Shown piece by piece: positions 11,561 to 26,820 of a stretch of 64,000 bases of DNA. The position numbers and the translations under genes are program-made. The notes below the pieces were generated by a model that saw only the letters and a program-made list of their open reading frames with translations, ran no database searches and was not told where the DNA came from. Source of the DNA: Octopus sinensis (lineage: Eukaryota); assembly GCF_006345805.1 (NCBI RefSeq), contig NC_043010.1, positions 56,668,001-56,732,000 of the forward strand. Direction: 5' to 3'. Position 1 is the stretch's first letter. Every line of letters begins with the position of its first letter.

Positions 11561-12596
11561 GTGTGTAGGCACAGACGGCCCAGTCTGGAACATCAATAAC
11601 AAGTTTGGAGTAGCAAAGATTCGACAATTTTCCGACCAGTTTCTCTGTTGCTGAAAGGTGGAAACCCCAGTTTAGAAGAAAGCTTTAATGCTTCAAGCAT
11701 CTCGGCGCCTGCAATTTGAAGCTTGACCCTTGTGCTTTAGTTATCTCCCCTTAACTGTTATGTAATCCAAGCTGTCTGCCAGGGCTTACGTAATAACCCA
11801 GAACAACGTGACACAGATAAGCACTGACTGGAGTCTCGTCGCTCTTACTTTGCGCAACTTGTTTTCTTCTCTCTCACACTATTTACCAACCAGTGCTGAC
11901 CTAATATTCCGTGTCAATACTAGCATTTTAAAGACTGCTGCCAGCCGCACATTCTTCACAATTAACACACTTTCTACAAGGATAATTAAAATATAAGTAT
12001 TGATGATTAAATTTCCTATTATGCAATCAATCATTCTTAATTTATATATCAAGTTATTGAGAAATTGTTATAAGTTCATACACACATAACGGCCGGTACA
12101 GACACACACACATACAAACATTTGCACACACACACACAGACACACACACACACACACACACACACACCACACACACACACATACATGAATACATATATTC
12201 GTGTGTGTGTAGATGGAATTTGGACTGAAAATTGTTTCAAAATATGTATGTTAATATATGACTTAGCCCTTTCCCCATCCCGATTCTTGGTGAAGCTGGT
12301 TTTGAGGATGATGATGGGGGTAAGGGTCCCAAGTGCCGATTGCAGTAATGTGGGGTTAAGCATTTTCTTTGGCAACCAGGAACTTTTCAGGTTCAGTGCC
12401 AGTAAATGCCACGTAGGCCAATTGTTTTCTTTCTCGAGTTGATCAAACTCTTTGGAATGGAATTTAGTAGATGGAAACCGTGTGGAAGCTTGTCAAAGTG
12501 ACTGAATGTGTTATTGAGTGGTGAACTTCATCTTCTACTCAATTCAGCTGGACTTTGGGTACCTTTTGTCGTGTCTACCCTGTCATTTGTTTTCAG

Positions 12597-12681
12597 GCCA
12601 GATCTGAGGATAATTTCGTCCCTTCCTCCTATATGTCTTGACAACTCAGAAAAGGGTCTCCGAAACATCATACTTCCTCCT
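12597..12681 (+). CDS. Candidate internal exon (PDLRIISSLPPICLDNSEKGLRNIILPP)
   Basis: Consensus acceptor tgtcatttgttttcag and donor CCT|gtaagt. 85 nt, phase 2 to 0, with only one open frame. Confidence 0.45.
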
Positions 12682-13199
12682 GTAAGTCATATAAAAATTT
12701 GTTCTGGTCCTTATCCAATGAAGGTTAAGCTATTGGAAGGACCCATCTGGCATGATGATCAATGTTAAGGGTGACAAAGAATCAGAATGAATGATCTAGA
12801 TAAAGGGGTCTGGATGCATGAATTAGAAATCTCAGGGCTTCGGATTCCATTGCTACTCAGAAAAGTTAAAATTAAGTCCTTGGAGCAATGTCATTAATTA
12901 ATGACCAATTAATTAGTGATAACATTCCAGCAGTGGCCATCTCATCCTATTTATTTATTTGCATCAAGTGATGCCAATCTGTAATTGTGGAGGGAACATG
13001 TGGAAGGGGTAGGCCCAGGAAGACATGGGAGAAGGTGGTGAGAAAGGATCAACAGACGTTAGGACTCGCAGAGGGGACTGAGGCTCTTGGCAGTTTGTTG
13101 TGCTTGAGAAAAGTGGGTTTTTTCCTTTAACCTCCAAAGCATTCCAGCTGTGACCATCTCATCTTATTCAGGCTGAGATCTTCCTACATTGCAAGGTGC

Positions 13200-13960
13200 A
13201 CAAGGTAGCAAGTTTTTTTCTTCAGTCGTCAATTTGCTGTAGTTTTTTTCCTTCTCTTGCCTGTTTGGTCCTCATGCATTTGTGATCTTCCTGGAGTATT
13301 TGGAACAAGTTGTTCTGGATCCAGACCATTCTTCAGTTTTCTTCTTCTAGTTTTCAGATTATTACAGTCTTTCTATCCCAAATGGATGACAGCTTTTACT
13401 GTTGTAGCACCCCATTATTTCACAGTGACTGCAACTTCTTTTGAAGAAAAATGTTTTCATTTATGATTTCTCTCTTGCCAAGTGACTTTGAAGATCTTCT
13501 GTAAGCACTGTTGATGGAATGTGTCCAGCCTGTTGGCCACTTTTAATGTTATTTTCCATGTTACTGCCAGACATGATTATAGCAGTGTAAAACCAAATCC
13601 TTTGATGCAGTGTTGATGCTTCTTACTCTCCACATACAATATTGCTCTTGCCAAGTTTGTTGTTTGTGTCATTTCCACTTGCCTCTGCTCCCCCCCCCCA
13701 CCCGGTAGGGTTTCCGCTGGTTATTTTCTTCATTACAAACACTACTGAGCACAGGAAGAGAAGACAAAAGATGTTGCAGCCTTGAAGGATGGCAATAAGG
13801 AGGCTTAAGTTTCCAGTATGGCTCATATTTGTTCTAACTCTGTAGCTAGAGTCATCATGAAGCTTTTTGAAAATGCTAGTTACCACTGGTTTCAACAGTC
13901 ACTCATCATGATCTTCAATGGAAACTGTCATCAGGATATGCTTACATCTCTCTCTCTTTC
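13200..13960 (-). mobile_element. RTE-clade RT fragment
   Basis: The minus strand encodes (I)LQGCNIF (GVRQGC-like) and WKITLKVANRLDTFHQQCLQKIFKVTWQEK. Confidence 0.7.
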
Positions 13961-14235
13961 TCACTCTCTACTTGTTTTCCTTGCATTCACCAGTATGTAT
14001 AAGTGATAAAGATGGTTTTGAGTAATTTCAACTCTTATTTCTAGCAGTACTGGTACTTTCTTTGTACCCTTCATTACAATCATAAATATAATTATAAATA
14101 CACACACACCTGAGTAAGCACATAAATGTGAAACAAGGTGGGAAAAAATAGATCACACCTGTCTGATGAACGGGAAGCTTTGAGTAGCAGTTTTTTTTGT
14201 TTTTTTGAGATGTTTTTGCAGTTTTAAGGATAAAG

Positions 14236-14281
<46 letters not shown>

Positions 14282-14329
14282 ATTCTTTTGTTGTGAACAA
14301 CCAATGATGATTCAGTAAAATAAAGTGTA

Positions 14330-14845
14330 ATCATATTCTATGGAGATGAATGTGTCTCTTGAGGTCTGCTGTTTCTTTGCAAACCTTTTGGCAAATGGAC
14401 CAAGTTGAGGGCTCAGCTTGCTCAAGTGCTTATGGATCATTTCCTGTGTTTTCTTGAGTGGACAGCAAGGCCTGCTTTGCTTCATGCCACAAAGCCACAA
14501 TGACAGGTAAGGTTTCCGTTTAGGGGAGCAGCATTCTGCCAGCATGCCTTCATGCTTGCATGAAGTTGGTCTTGATGCTGGAGTCTACTTTGCTCAGATC
14601 TTTGAAGTGAGGAGAAGCACGGCTGGCGCCAGGTCCTGCGTTCTGATGCTTTGTTTTCCCAGGAAGAAAAGGGAATGTTGCATCGCCTCAGATCGTCTTT
14701 TAGTTTGTCTTTGAAGCACAAGAGTGGCTTTCCAACTGACCTTCCTGTTGGTAATTGGCCAAAGAGAAGTTGCTTTGGAATTCTCATATGTGAGAGCTGA
14801 CCCAACCGTCTAAGCTGTATTTTGATGAAAACGGCTTCCACACCT
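14330..14845 (-). mobile_element. RTE (BovB-like) ORF2 C-terminus
   Basis: QLRRLGQL..RIPKQLLFGQL..RSVGKP..FKDKLKDDL..WENKA..RRTWR, followed by a CHCG zinc-knuckle remnant. Confidence 0.85.
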
Positions 14846-15308
14846 GATATATTGCATTTTGTTAGTACCTCATTGTTATGAATATGGTCAGTTGGTTTTA
14901 TATTATTTGTTATACGTGTTTCTGTGATTGGTAAATTATAAATACAATTTACCAGGAACCTTCTCTTATAGTGTATGCATCATTAGACGGAGTCAAAATG
15001 CAAATCAAAAAGATGCAAGCATCATAAAAAGACCTTAGGGACACAAGATAACAAGCGGGAGTGGGGAAAGTGGGTGGGGTTGGCTAGAAAGGCAAATGAC
15101 ATAAATGACGTAAAAAATTAAATATGAGCGAAAACATTGATAGGAAAATTATAGTCTCCACCCAGAATGTGTGCCTGATGATGTGGTTGGTATGACTGAA
15201 GATTCTTTATCAATAGTATTGCTGTCATCAATTATTGATTATCAATCGCTGAAACATGTGTAACAGATGTGAAATAAAGAAATACTAAATTCATACTCAT
15301 AAAAGATG

Positions 15309-15382
<74 letters not shown>

Positions 15383-15419
15383 AATACTACAGACATATAG
15401 ACATAGCAACATATATAGA

Positions 15420-16010
15420 CATGGAAAGTCTTGTTCCAATCTTGTTGGCAGAACAGCATCTGCTGTGTCTAGAAACCCCACATGTGACGCACAGTACTGG
15501 CTGCTGCAGTGATTACACTTAGAGGCACTGTTTGCCATCAATTTTGCTTTTTTTCCATCACCAAACCTCAGCCCCGTCTCTTGTATAGTTCCAGTCTCCA
15601 GTAAGAGCAATCTCCAGCAATGTACCCTGACTTTTTAATGCTCATGTGCAGAGACATCATGTCTCTTGCAGACACCTTTGAAAGGAAGATGAGGTCTTTG
15701 CCCTTGTTTTTGGTTCTGCCGGCCAGTTTCCCATACAACAGAACTTTCAGGATTCCACCTGTTTAACATGTTATGTACAAATTGCTGTAAGATGAAGAGG
15801 CTGGGTGTCGAGGCATAAGTCAGAACCTCATTGTTGGAATCCTTTCCATATTGCAGAGGCAGAAGGTTTTCAGATGTTACATTTGTCTGCTGTAAACGTT
15901 CCAGGCCTCACTACTGGAAAACCCTGAGCTGAAGTTGCAAGCTCTGTAAATAGCAATCGTTATGTGCACCATTAGCTTTCTATTCTCTCAGCATGGCAAG
16001 GCTGATGAGG
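15420..16010 (-). mobile_element. RTE ORF2 C-terminal fragment (second subfamily)
   Basis: Minus strand LLYGKLAGRTKNKG.. and DVCKRD-like segments; CTCCSRQC Cys remnant. Confidence 0.6.
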
Positions 16011-16099
16011 TGGTGGTGGGGTTTGACTAAGGGTAGGGGTCCAGGGCTAGCCCTCACTATAAAGAGAAGGATAGGTGAAAGGAATTTCTATATTCAGTG

Positions 16100-16870
16100 A
16101 TCAAATTCATAAGGAATTAAAGAAGATATTCCAAATATGGAAGCCAATCCTAGCATCAAGTGTCCTTTGAAATAAACCTAGCAAAGACAAAAGTTATAGT
16201 TAATAGCAAAAAAAGACAGGACTTTTGTCCTCAGGAAGGCGACCATGCTCAATATGCAGAAAAGGAGAAGTAAGTGGGAATTTTGTACTGTGAATCAATT
16301 ATAAACTATGGTTGTAGAAGGGGTGCAGTGAGATCACAATCAGGTTGACAGAGAAGAAAGGCTTTGTGTGTAATAGATGCCCTTGAGTATTTAGCAGAAA
16401 GAGTACTCATGAAATAAATCATTTTAAATGCATGGAAGGCTGCCTCGAAGTAGTTGACAGCTTCTGTTAGCAGATGACCTAATCAGTAGTATGCAGGGCA
16501 GTTGTTCTGAAAGCATAATAACCAGAGTAAGAAGGAAGTGGACTAAGTTCAGAGAGCTATTACCTTTACTGGCAACAAGGTAAACTCTCTCAAAGTGAAG
16601 GACAAATTGCATGACACTTGTGTATGAAGTGTAAAGTTGCATGGTAGCTTAAAATAGGCATTGAATGTAGAGAATGTGTGAATGTTGAACAGAAATGGGG
16701 TATCAAGCTCTGCTGGATATGTAATGCTTGAATACATAAACAACATGGTACAAATGAGTTGAGAGTGAAGCCGGGTAGAAGAAGAATCACATACGGCATG
16801 GAAAAGAGAAGACTTATGCTGGTACGGAGATACGATGTGTATGGAAGATCACAGTTGGGTAAAGAAACAT
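16100..16870 (+). mobile_element. Highly decayed RTE RT C-terminal fragment
   Basis: INLAKTK-like ATAAACCTAGCAAAGACAAAA, GCTAAGTTCAGAGAGCTATTACC and R-L-x-WYG remnants matching the larger copies. Confidence 0.65.
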
Positions 16871-19269
16871 TTCGAGTGATGGCCACAGTCTACTACACGG
16901 TCAGCTAAATTTTATTGAACCAAATCTTAACATTTCTCTCCATCTTCATGCACATTGCAACGGCAGCAGAAGTATAAATTTCTTGCATTTGAGGCACATC
17001 TCAGCAAGTACTCCACAGTTGTAGTTGTTTTTGTCCAGTTGAACCATAATTGAGCTGATGGGCAATCAGTGCCATTCCACCGTGACCACCTTGCAATAAC
17101 ATTTTATTTTACTTCTCAATCAAATCGGTGAAGGAAATGTTCTCGTTAAACTAACCACAAACTTATTTCACTACTGTAGTAGTACTGCTGCTGCTGCTAC
17201 TACTCCTGCTGCTGCTGCTGATGATGATGATGATGACAACAAGCAGTTGTGATAATATATTGCTTTAGAAGGCCCAATAAAAGTTGTGTGGTTGCCTCAG
17301 CTGTGGTCAACGAAGAGGTGCTGCTGTTGTTTATGTCTTGCAAAGCCATTCTCCATCAAGCGAAGCTGTAGAACAAGTCATAGAAAATCTTTCTTAAACA
17401 TTCAATCTAGCTTGAACCCTAATAATTCAGTCGCTCCACCCAAACTATTTTCTCCATTGTTGTCAACAACCCTCCTGCTTTAAGTATTATTAACATAATG
17501 TTAACCACACGTTTTGTAGTTAACTTTACACACCTCTCTCGCCTCCTCCTCAATTATTTTTTTTTATTAGATTCGTCTTTTTTTCATCATATTTATTTAT
17601 TTATTATAGAAAAGGTGTGTGGTGTGTGGTGTGTGGTGTCTGGTACTGGCGTATTGCCAGATATTACAGGGGCGTCAGTTGTGGCTTTCACCATTACAAC
17701 AAGGTTGGAGATGTGAACTAACAAGGGGGGTTTATCTATAGTTACTTGACTTGCTAGAAATAGCAGCCTAGTTCCCTTCAAATTACACCTTACTGTCTTA
17801 TAAAAGGGAAGGGGCATATTAAATATAATGTAGTCCTAGATAGAAGTAAAAAGATTGGATAGGCGTGGGAGGAATGTCTATAAACGGTTACCTGGGGCTA
17901 AACAACAAGTTGTGTGGTTACAAGTCTTCTGTTTCTTTCTAAGTTTTGTCAAAGGAAGAAAGATGACAGCTCTGGCCATTTTGAAGACTCTTGAGAGAAA
18001 GAAACTCCAATTCCTGAGTTATTCTTTAACTAGGGACCAGGACTGAATGCTTTCAATAGAGATGTAAACTCTGCTAAATGGTCCAGGTGTTAAGTCTACC
18101 AGCTGAGAAAAACTAACATCTTCAGAGATTCCTCACAGTTTCTATTTACCCAGTTCACTCCCAAAGCTTCTCAGCATGAAGCTAGGGTAAAAACATTTTT
18201 TCTGGGTTTTTTTTTTCTACAAAGGGATTGAACCAAGGAGCACGTAATTGTAAAACTATCTTCTTTCAACAGCAATGGAAGGAGGTCATTGAAACAACGG
18301 AGACTAGAGATATTCCAGGATGTCAGTTCTGGTGTAGGCATTGGTGTGGGGCAACGAAGTTTACTTCATAGTCCCAAGGTTCTGATTTCAATATCACTGC
18401 ATGGCACCTTGGACAAGTGTCTTTTACGTTAGACTTGAGCTGACCGATGCCTTGTGAGTTGAATTTAGTGGACAAAACCGTATAGATACTCATCATTTAT
18501 ATCAATCATTCTATCTCTGTATGTCTGTCTTTATTATCTGTCTATCTATCTATACTGCCATACATACATACATACATACATTATATATATATATCAGTGT
18601 GAGGTGAAACACAGGTACATCTAAATTGGAATACATCCAACAGTATGAAATGCCTCACTAAATAATCTCCCCTTACCTGAATGTCCACTTTATATATTCA
18701 GTATTATTGACCAATTTGGTACCCCTAAAGTCCAGTGACTAACATCAGTGAAAGAACTAAAAGTGGAAATCTCAGAACAATTTAGAACCATCGCAGGATT
18801 ACAACATCCATGCATCTTACATTGACATCCATGATGAGTGTTTGTCTACTAATTCAGTGATGAAAGCTGTTATGAAAATAAGAGACATGTTACTCTAACA
18901 AATGGTCAGAACTATTCCTTCGAAATCATTGGCATCTCATCTTTTTCCAATTTAGCTTTGACTGTTGCAGCAATTGTTTGCCAAAGCATTCAATTAGCTT
19001 CTACTGTCTGTCATATCCAATTGACTATTTTAGATTTAAATGATTAAATGTGGTCTGTAAGTTTATATGTCTGTAGAGATTAGTCTGTCATTGGATTCCA
19101 GAAACAGAACCAAAGAATCGAACTTGAGAATCTGGACATATGGTCCTGTAACATGATTATTTCATGACATCTCATGAAGTGTTTCACTTGGTCCACCACG
19201 TAAATTATGGCAGAGAAAAATGTTGGGGAGCAAAAAATTTCTATTTTACTTGACTAGGAAATAGTCATC

Positions 19270-19680
19270 ATCAACAACAACAACAACAACGCTTTACATC
19301 CATTTTACAATGACTACATGATTTGAACAGGTGTCTTGCAGTACAGCATCCTCCACATCATTTGATGCAGTCTCTTCACGTCTTTACATCTTTCTGATCT
19401 TTTTCTTCCACAAGCTCCTTCAACATAAATCATTTCTTTACCCAACTTTTACCTTCCATAACAATTATATATGTCTACTAACATAGTCGACTCTCTACAA
19501 CTGATTTCTCTCAGATCCAGTTTTTGTTCTCAAACCCTTTATATGCCTCCATTCATGCACATTAATATTACGCATCCACTGAAGCGTGCTCGTCTCATGT
19601 CTTGCCACCTTTCACACATCATCTACTTTCAATGTCCATCTTTCTTTATGCTATAAGCATCACACTTCATACACAGGCAC
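19270..19680 (-). mobile_element. Decayed RTE 3' fragment
   Basis: The reverse complement resembles the RTE C-terminus and ends in TTTACATCCATTTT, similar to the family tail. Confidence 0.5.
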
Positions 19681-19704
19681 CACATAATCTGCCCTTCCCT
19701 CATG

Positions 19705-19735
<31 letters not shown>

Positions 19736-19990
19736 CATCTCTTTGTTACCCTCAGAGTTGATATCTTCTTCTTCAACGCCCTTTCCCTTCACATCTTTAC
19801 TTACACCATTCTCCCCCAACAACAGCTGAATGTCAATGGGGTAACCAACATCACAAACCCACAGCTAATGGCTTCGTCTACTCCATCTGGTCTGGCTCAC
19901 TTGCTTCCTCAATGGCTTCAAAAGAATTATCCACATTGGCTAAGTGATTTCATTACCACAGATTCACATGTACATTCTAAACATCTGTCA

Positions 19991-22900
19991 CATTCTACAC
20001 ACATTACATTCTACACACATTACATTCTACACACATTACATTCTACACACATTACATTCTACACACATTACATTCTACACACATTACATTCTACACACAT
20101 TACATTCTACACACATTACATTCTACACACATTACATTCTACATACATTACATTCTACACACATTACATTCTACATACATTACATTCTACATACATTACA
20201 TTCTACATACATTACATTCTACACACATTACATTCTACATACATTACATTCTACATACATTACATTCTACACACATTACATTCTACATACATTACATTCT
20301 ACATACATTACATTCTACATACATTACATTCTACACACATTACATTCTACACACATTACATTCTACATACATTACATTCTACACACATTACATTCTACAT
20401 ACATTACATTCTACATACATTACATTCTACATACATTACATTCTACACACATTACATTCTACATACATTACATTCTACATACATTACATTCTACACACAT
20501 TACATTCTACACACATTACATTCTACATACATTACATTCTACACACATTACATTCTACATACATTACATTCTACATACATTACATTCTACATACATTACA
20601 TTCTACATACATTACATTCTACATACATTACATTCTACACACATTACATTCTACATACATTACATTCTACATACATTACATTCTACATACATTACATTCT
20701 ACACACATTACATTCTACACACATTACATTCTACATACATTACATTCTACACACATTACATTCTACTACATACATTACATTCTACATACATTACATTTAC
20801 ATACATTACATTCTACACACATTACATTCTACATACATTACATTCTACATACATTACATTCTACATACATTACATTCTACACACATTACATTCTACACAC
20901 ATTACATTCTACATACATTACATTCTACACACATTACATTCTACATACATTACATTCTACATACATTACATTCTACACACATTACATTCTACATACATTA
21001 CATTCTACACACATTACATTCTACATACATTACATTCTACATACATTACATTCTACACACATTACATTCTACATACATTACATTCTACATACATTACATT
21101 CTACATACATTACATTCTACACACATTACATTCTACATACATTACATTCTACATACATTACATTCTACATACATTACATTCTACACACATTACATTCTAC
21201 ACACATTACATTCTACACACATTACATTCTACACACATTACATTCTACATACATTACATTCTACATACATTACATTCTACATACATTACATTCTACACAC
21301 ATTACATTCTACATACATTACATTCTACATACATTACATTCTACACACATTACATTCTACATACATTACATTCTACACACATTACATTCTACATACATTA
21401 CATTCTACATACATTACATTCTACACACATTACATTCTACATACATTACATTCTACATACATTACATTCTACATACATTACATTCTACACACATTACATT
21501 CTACATACATTACATTCTACATACATTACATTCTACATACATTACATTCTACACACATTACATTCTACACACATTACATTCTACATACATTACATTCTAC
21601 ACACATTACATTCTACATACATTACATTCTATATACATTACATTCTACACACATTACATTCTACATACATTACATTCTACACACATTACATTCTACATAC
21701 ATTACATTCTACATACATTACATTCTACATACATTACATTCTACACACATTACATTCTACACACATTACATTCTACATACATTACATTCTACACACATTA
21801 CATTCTACATACATTACATTCTACATACATTACATTCTACATACATTACATTCTACACACATTACATTCTACATACATTACATTCTACATACATTACATC
21901 TACATACATTACATTCTACACACAACATTACATTCTACACACATTACATTCTACATACATTACATTCTAACACATTACATTCTACATACATTACATTCTA
22001 CATACATTACATTCTACATACATTACATTCTACACACATTACACATTCTACATACATTACATTCTACATACATTACATTCTACATACATTACATTCTACA
22101 TACATTACATTCTACATACATTACATTCTACATACATACATTTACAACATTACATTCTACATACATTACATTCTACATACATTACATTCTACATACATTA
22201 CATTCTACATACATTACATTCTACATACATTACATTCTACATACATTACATTCTACCTACATTACATATACATACATTACATTCTACACACATTACATTC
22301 TACATACATTACATTCTACATACATTACATTCTACATACATTACATTCTACACACATTACATTCTACACACATTACATTCTACACACATTACATTTACAT
22401 ACATTACATTCTACATACATACATTCTACATACATTACATTCTACATACATTACATTCTACATACATTACATTCTACAAATTACATTCTACATACATTAC
22501 ATTTACATACATACATTCTACATAATTACATTCTACATACATACATTCTACATACATTACATTCTACATACATTACATTAAACATTACATTCTACATACA
22601 TTACATTCTACACACATTACATTCTACATACATTACATTCTACATACATTACATTCTACATACATTACATTCTACATACATTACATTCTACATAATTACA
22701 TTCTACACACATTACATTCTACATACATTACATTCTACATACATTACATTCTAACATACATTACATTCTACATACATTACATTCTACACACTTACATTCT
22801 ACATACATTACATTCTACATACATTACATTCTACATACATTACATTCTACATACATTACATTCACACAACATTACATTCTACATACATTACATTCTACAC

Positions 22901-25900
22901 ACATTACATTCTACATACATTACATTCTACACACATACATTCTACATACATTACATTCTACATACATTACATTCTACAACCATTACATTCTACATACATT
23001 ACATTCTACATACATTACATTCTACATACATTACATTCTACATACATTACATTCTACACACATTACATTCTACATACATTACATTCTACATACATTACAT
23101 TCTACATACATTACATTCTACATACATTACATTCTACATACATACATTATACATACATTACATTCTACACATTACATTCTACATAATTACATTCTAATAC
23201 ATTACATTCACATACATTACATTACAAACACATTACATTCTACATACATTACATTCTACACACATACATTCTACAACAATTACATTCTACATACATTACA
23301 TTTACATACACATTACATTCTACATACAATTACATTCTACATACATTACATTCTACATACATTACACATACACTCAATACATACATTCTACATACATTAC
23401 TTACAACACTAATTACATTCTACACATACATTACACATCACTTCTACATTACATTACATTCTACATACATTACATTCTACATACATTACATTCTACACAT
23501 ACATTACATTCTAACACATTACATCTACATACATTACAATCTACATACATTATACATTCTACAACATTAATACATCTACATTTCTACATACATTACATTC
23601 TTACACACATAACTACATTACACACATTACATTCTAACATACATTACATTCTACATACATTACATTCTACAACATTACATTCTACATACATACATTCTAC
23701 ATACATTACATTCTACATACATTACATTCTACATACATTACATCTGATACATACAACATTCTACATACATTACATTCTACAACATTACATTCTACACACA
23801 TTACATTCTACATACATTACATTCTACATACATTATACATTCTAACATACATTAATATTATACATACATTACATTCTACATACATTACATTCCACACATA
23901 CATTACATTATACAACTTAACATTCTACACATTACATTCTACATACATTACATTCTACACACATTACATTCTTATACATTACATTCTACACACAATTACA
24001 TTCTACATACATACATTCTACATACTATACAGTACATTTACACAATTACATTCTACAACATTACATTTACACATATACATTTTACATCTACAATACATTA
24101 CATTCTACATACATTACATTCTACATACATTACATTCTACCATATTACATTCTACATTACTTACACTACATACTATACACATTCCATTCTACACATACAT
24201 TACTACACATTAAAATAACATTACATTCTACATACATTACATTCTTACATACACTATTACATTCTACATACATTACATTCTACACATACATAATCACTTA
24301 CATCTAAACATTACATTCTACATACATCATTACAACAATACATACATTACACTCTACATTCTAACATACATCTACATACTACATTCTACATACATACATA
24401 CTACATTACATTACATTCTACAACATTACATTCTACATACATTACATTCTACATACATTCATTACATTACATTCTACAGTACATACATTCTACATACATT
24501 ACATTACATCTACATACTATTCCATACATTTTTTACACACCATTACATTCTACACACATATACATTCTACACACACATTATTCTACATACATTACATTCT
24601 ACATACATTACATTCTACCTACATTACATTTCTTTATTTATTCTACACATTACATTCTACATACATTCATTAATACATCATCACATACATTCTACTACCA
24701 CATTACATTCTACATACATTACACATTACATTCTACATACATTACATTCTAACACACTACATTTACATTCTAATACATTACATTCTCTACATTACACATT
24801 ACATTCTACATACATTACATTCTACATACATTACATTTCTCATACATTACATTCTACATACATTACATTCTACATACATTACATTCTAATACATTACATT
24901 CTACATACATTACATACTATACATTACATTCTACACACATTACATTCTACATACATTACATTCTACACACATTACATATTACATTACATACATAGACATT
25001 ACATTCTACATACATTACATTCTACACAACATTACATTCTATATACATTACATACTTCTATTCATACATTAACTACATTCTACATACATTACATTTTACT
25101 ACCTACATTACATACATACATTACATTCTACATACATTACATTCTACATACATTACATTCTACTACATTACATTCTACAACATTACATTCTACACACATT
25201 ACATTCTACATACATTACATTTACCACAACATTACATTCTACATACATTACATTCTACATACATTACATTATTACTACATTACATTCTACATACATTACA
25301 TTCTACATACATTACATTCTACATACATTACATTCTACATACATTACATTCTACATACATTACATTCTACATACATTACATTCTACATACATTACATTCT
25401 ACACACATTACATTCTACATACATTACATTCTACACACATTACATTCTACATACATTACATTCTACATACATTACATTCTACATACATTACATTCTACAT
25501 ACATTACATTCTACATACATTACATTCTACATACATTACATTCTACATACATTACATTCTACACACATTACATTCTACATACATTACATTCTACACACAT
25601 TACATTCTACACACATTACATTCTACATACATTACATTCTACATACATTACATTCTACACACATTACATTCTACACACATTACATTCTACACACATTACA
25701 TTCTACACACATTACATTCTACATACATTACATTCTACATACATTACATTCTACACACATTACATTCTACATACATTACATTCTACATACATTACATTCT
25801 ACACACATTACATTCTACACATACATTACATTCTACATACATTACATTCTACATACATTACATTCTACATACATTACATTCTACATACATTACATTCTAC

Positions 25901-26820
25901 ATACATTACATTCTACATACATACACGCATTACATCTACACATTACATCTACATACATTACATTCTACATACATTACATTCTACACACATTACATTACAT
26001 ACTACATTCTAATACATTACATTCTACATACATTACATTCTACATACATTAAATCTACATTACACCTCATTACATTCTACACACATTACATTCTACATAC
26101 ATTACATTCTACATACATTACATTCTACATACATTACATTCTACATACATTACATTCTACATACATTACATTCTAATACATTACATTCTACATACATTAC
26201 ATTCTACATACATTACATTCTACATACATTACATTCTACACACATTACATTCTACACAATTACATTCTACATACATTACATTCTACACAATTACATTCTA
26301 CAACATTACATTCTACATACATTACATTCTACACACATTACATTCTACATACATTACATTCTACACACATTACATTCTACATACATTACATTCTACATAC
26401 ATTACATTCTAAATACATTACATTCTACATACATTACATTCTACATACATTACATTCTACATACATTACATTCTACACACATTCTTCTACATTACATTCT
26501 ACACACATTACATTCTACATACATTACATTCTACATACATTACATTCTACACACATTACATCTACATACATTACATTCTACATACATTACATTCTACATA
26601 CATTACATTCTACACAATTACATTCTACATACATTACATTCTACATACATTACATTCTACATACATTACATTCTACACACATTACATTCTACATACATTA
26701 CATTCTACATACATTACATTCTACACACATTACATTCTACACACATTACATTCTACATACATTACATTCTACACACATTACATTCTACATACATTACATT
26801 CTACACACATTACATTCTAT
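19991..26820. repeat. 6.8-kb minisatellite, 16-bp unit CATTCTACA(C/T)ACATTA (~425 units by length)
   Basis: Read directly. The ORF translations repeat every 16 aa (three units), confirming a 16-bp period. Confidence 0.98.

Noticed and set aside
11101-11654. Overlapping YI/TH/CV-repeat ORFs (also at 202-471, 7769-8035, 15232-15459, 38097-38324 and 47575-47901)
   Set aside because: Microsatellite artefacts.
12890-12905. 16-bp perfect palindrome GTCATTAATTAATGAC
   Set aside because: Short and AT-rich, so plausible by chance.
17230-17483. Short ORFs on both strands next to a CAG/GAT tract
   Set aside because: No consistent splice pair; the poly-H/Q comes from the trinucleotide repeat.
18677-18724. 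48-nt minus-strand micro-exon (GTKLVNNTEYIKWTF) with a CAG|gtaag donor
   Set aside because: Weak acceptor and no linking exons; chance matches are expected in 64 kb.
19868-22754. 700-aa and 936-aa H/T/Y/I-rich ORFs
   Set aside because: They are translations of the stop-free 16-bp minisatellite, open in several frames with a 16-aa period, and show no protein signal.
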